NCBI GenBank assembly: GCA_039794005.1 | Contig: JBAMMA010000017.1 | Location: forward strand, 92,837 to 156,836 | Direction: 5' to 3' | DNA length: 64,000 nucleotides | Source of the DNA: Thermoplasmata archaeon | GTDB lineage: Archaea > Thermoplasmatota > Thermoplasmata > Thermoplasmatales > ARK-15 | Part shown: positions 62,747 through 64,000 of the stretch, in pieces | Layout of the letters: each line of letters opens with the position of its first letter | Position numbering within the stretch: position 1 is the first letter of the stretch | Program-made: the position numbers and the translations under genes | The notes under the pieces: model-generated | Told to the model about the DNA's origin: nothing | Seen by the model: only the letters and a program-made list of their open reading frames with translations | Database searches by the model: none

Positions 62747-63853
62747 TCACCTTAATATCTTTGGTTTACTTACATTTGCCTTTAATAATTTATCTCTTAT
62801 CTGTATATCTACTATATCACCCAATTTAATATTTTTATCCAGATAACCTAATCCTATACCCTTCTTTAATATTGGAGACATTGTACCTGAGGTAATATAT
62901 CCAACTTCATTTCCATCTTTAAATATTTTATATCCATGTCTTGGGATACCATTATCTATCATTATGAATCCTCTGAATATCTGTTTATAATTTTCTTTAA
63001 TTTTTAGTAATGCCTCTTTACCTATAAAATCATGATCCCAATCAATAATCCATGATATAGATGCTTCTATGGGACTTTTATCCATATGGAAATCCTGACC
63101 CGATAATAACATGCCCTTTTCCATCCTTAAAGTATCTCTTGCGCCTAGACCGGCTGGTTTTAAATTAAATTCTTTTCCTTCATTTATTAACATATCCCAT
63201 ATTTCCTCTGCATATTCATTTGGGAATATTAATTCATATCCATTTTCACCTGTATATCCTGTTCTTGAAATCATTATCTTATTATATGGAAAGAAATCAT
63301 CCTCTCTGGTCTCTAAATTCTTTATAGATATAAAATCAAAATAAAAACTATTCATATTATCATAATTATAATTTGTTAACTTTTTCATTACATCAACGGA
63401 TTTTGGACCTTGTACCGCTATACTAGCATATAATAGTGTTCTATCTATAATATTTATATCATATCCATTTGATTTGCTTAATATCCAATTATATATCATA
63501 TCTGCTGTAGATGCATTGGGAATTAAAAGGGCCTTATTTTTATTGATTTTGTAAACTATAGTATCATCCAGCATAATTCCATTTTCGTTTAAATATGCTG
63601 AATATTTTGCCTGTTTTTCTACCATGTTAGAAAATTTTGTTGGTAATAAATAATCCAAAAATATTTCAGTATCTTTTCCTTCAATTATTATATCTCCCAT
63701 ATGAGAAACATCAAATATACTTACATTTGTTCTAGTATTAATATGCTCATCTATAATACCTGTATATTCTAAAGGCATTTCAAAACCAGCAAATTCTGTC
63801 ATTCTTGCCTTCAATTCGATATGCTTGTTATACAATGGAGTTCTTTTCGGCAT
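62747..63853 (-). CDS. gcvT: glycine cleavage system aminomethyltransferase T
   Basis: KRTPLY, FDVSHMG, AVQGP, SRTGYTGENGYE, GLGARDTLRME, TSGTMSP. Confidence 0.96.
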   Translation of the reverse strand: MPKRTPLYNKHIELKARMTEFAGFEMPLEYTGIIDEHINTRTNVSIFDVSHMGDIIIEGKDTEIFLDYLLPTKFSNMVEKQAKYSAYLNENGIMLDDTIVYKINKNKALLIPNASTADMIYNWILSKSNGYDINIIDRTLLYASIAVQGPKSVDVMKKLTNYNYDNMNSFYFDFISIKNLETREDDFFPYNKIMISRTGYTGENGYELIFPNEYAEEIWDMLINEGKEFNLKPAGLGARDTLRMEKGMLLSGQDFHMDKSPIEASISWIIDWDHDFIGKEALLKIKENYKQIFRGFIMIDNGIPRHGYKIFKDGNEVGYITSGTMSPILKKGIGLGYLDKNIKLGDIVDIQIRDKLLKANVSKPKILR

Positions 63854-64000
63854 ATTTTCACCTAATATAATAAATGTTTATAACAATTTAAATTTTAATT
63901 ATTTTTTCCAGTGGAAATCAGGGGGTGAGGGATACAAAATATTCATGTATTTTAGAATTGTTAGATAATTCAGGATGAAATGTTAATGCCAAATGTTTAC

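Noticed and set aside
63854-64000. G-rich patch upstream of gcvT as a tRNA or glycine riboswitch
   Set aside because: No cloverleaf or riboswitch consensus, and the region is cut by the window edge

Overview
Very AT-rich archaeal chromosomal segment, most likely from a Thermoplasmata lineage. This is inferred from top6AB, tiaS, mptA, the pus10-rpl21e-rpo4-DUF655-ksgA cluster, an AGT-EndoV fusion, thermopsin-like surface repeats and GGTGA/GGAGG Shine-Dalgarno sites. Most of the window is housekeeping: purH, guaB, rqcH, mdh, moaA, ogg, a cobinamide salvage cluster with BtuFCD, NAD salvage (pncA/pncB), polyamine genes (speD, pdaD) and gcvT. The main candidate for an undescribed system is a compact chromosomal T4SS-like operon at 57216-61065 (VirB2-like pilin, VirB6/CedA-like, PrgI-like, small membrane protein, VirB4-like ATPase). 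It has no relaxase, coupling protein or integrase nearby, runs into a DNA-repair fusion gene and faces a divergent ribbon-helix-helix gene, so it resembles a Ced/Ted-type domesticated DNA-exchange system. Other points of interest are an orphan Csx1 (CARF-HEPN), a DUF1611 plus PP-loop (MurL/QueC-like) pair, an SPFH/zinc-ribbon operon, a PelA/GH114-like surface enzyme split by an in-frame TAG, an out-of-frame uORF over the speD start, and two homopolymer frameshifts. No tRNA, rRNA or CRISPR array was seen. All family assignments come from motif recognition by eye, not database searches, and some starts were moved from the ORF track to a better ATG.
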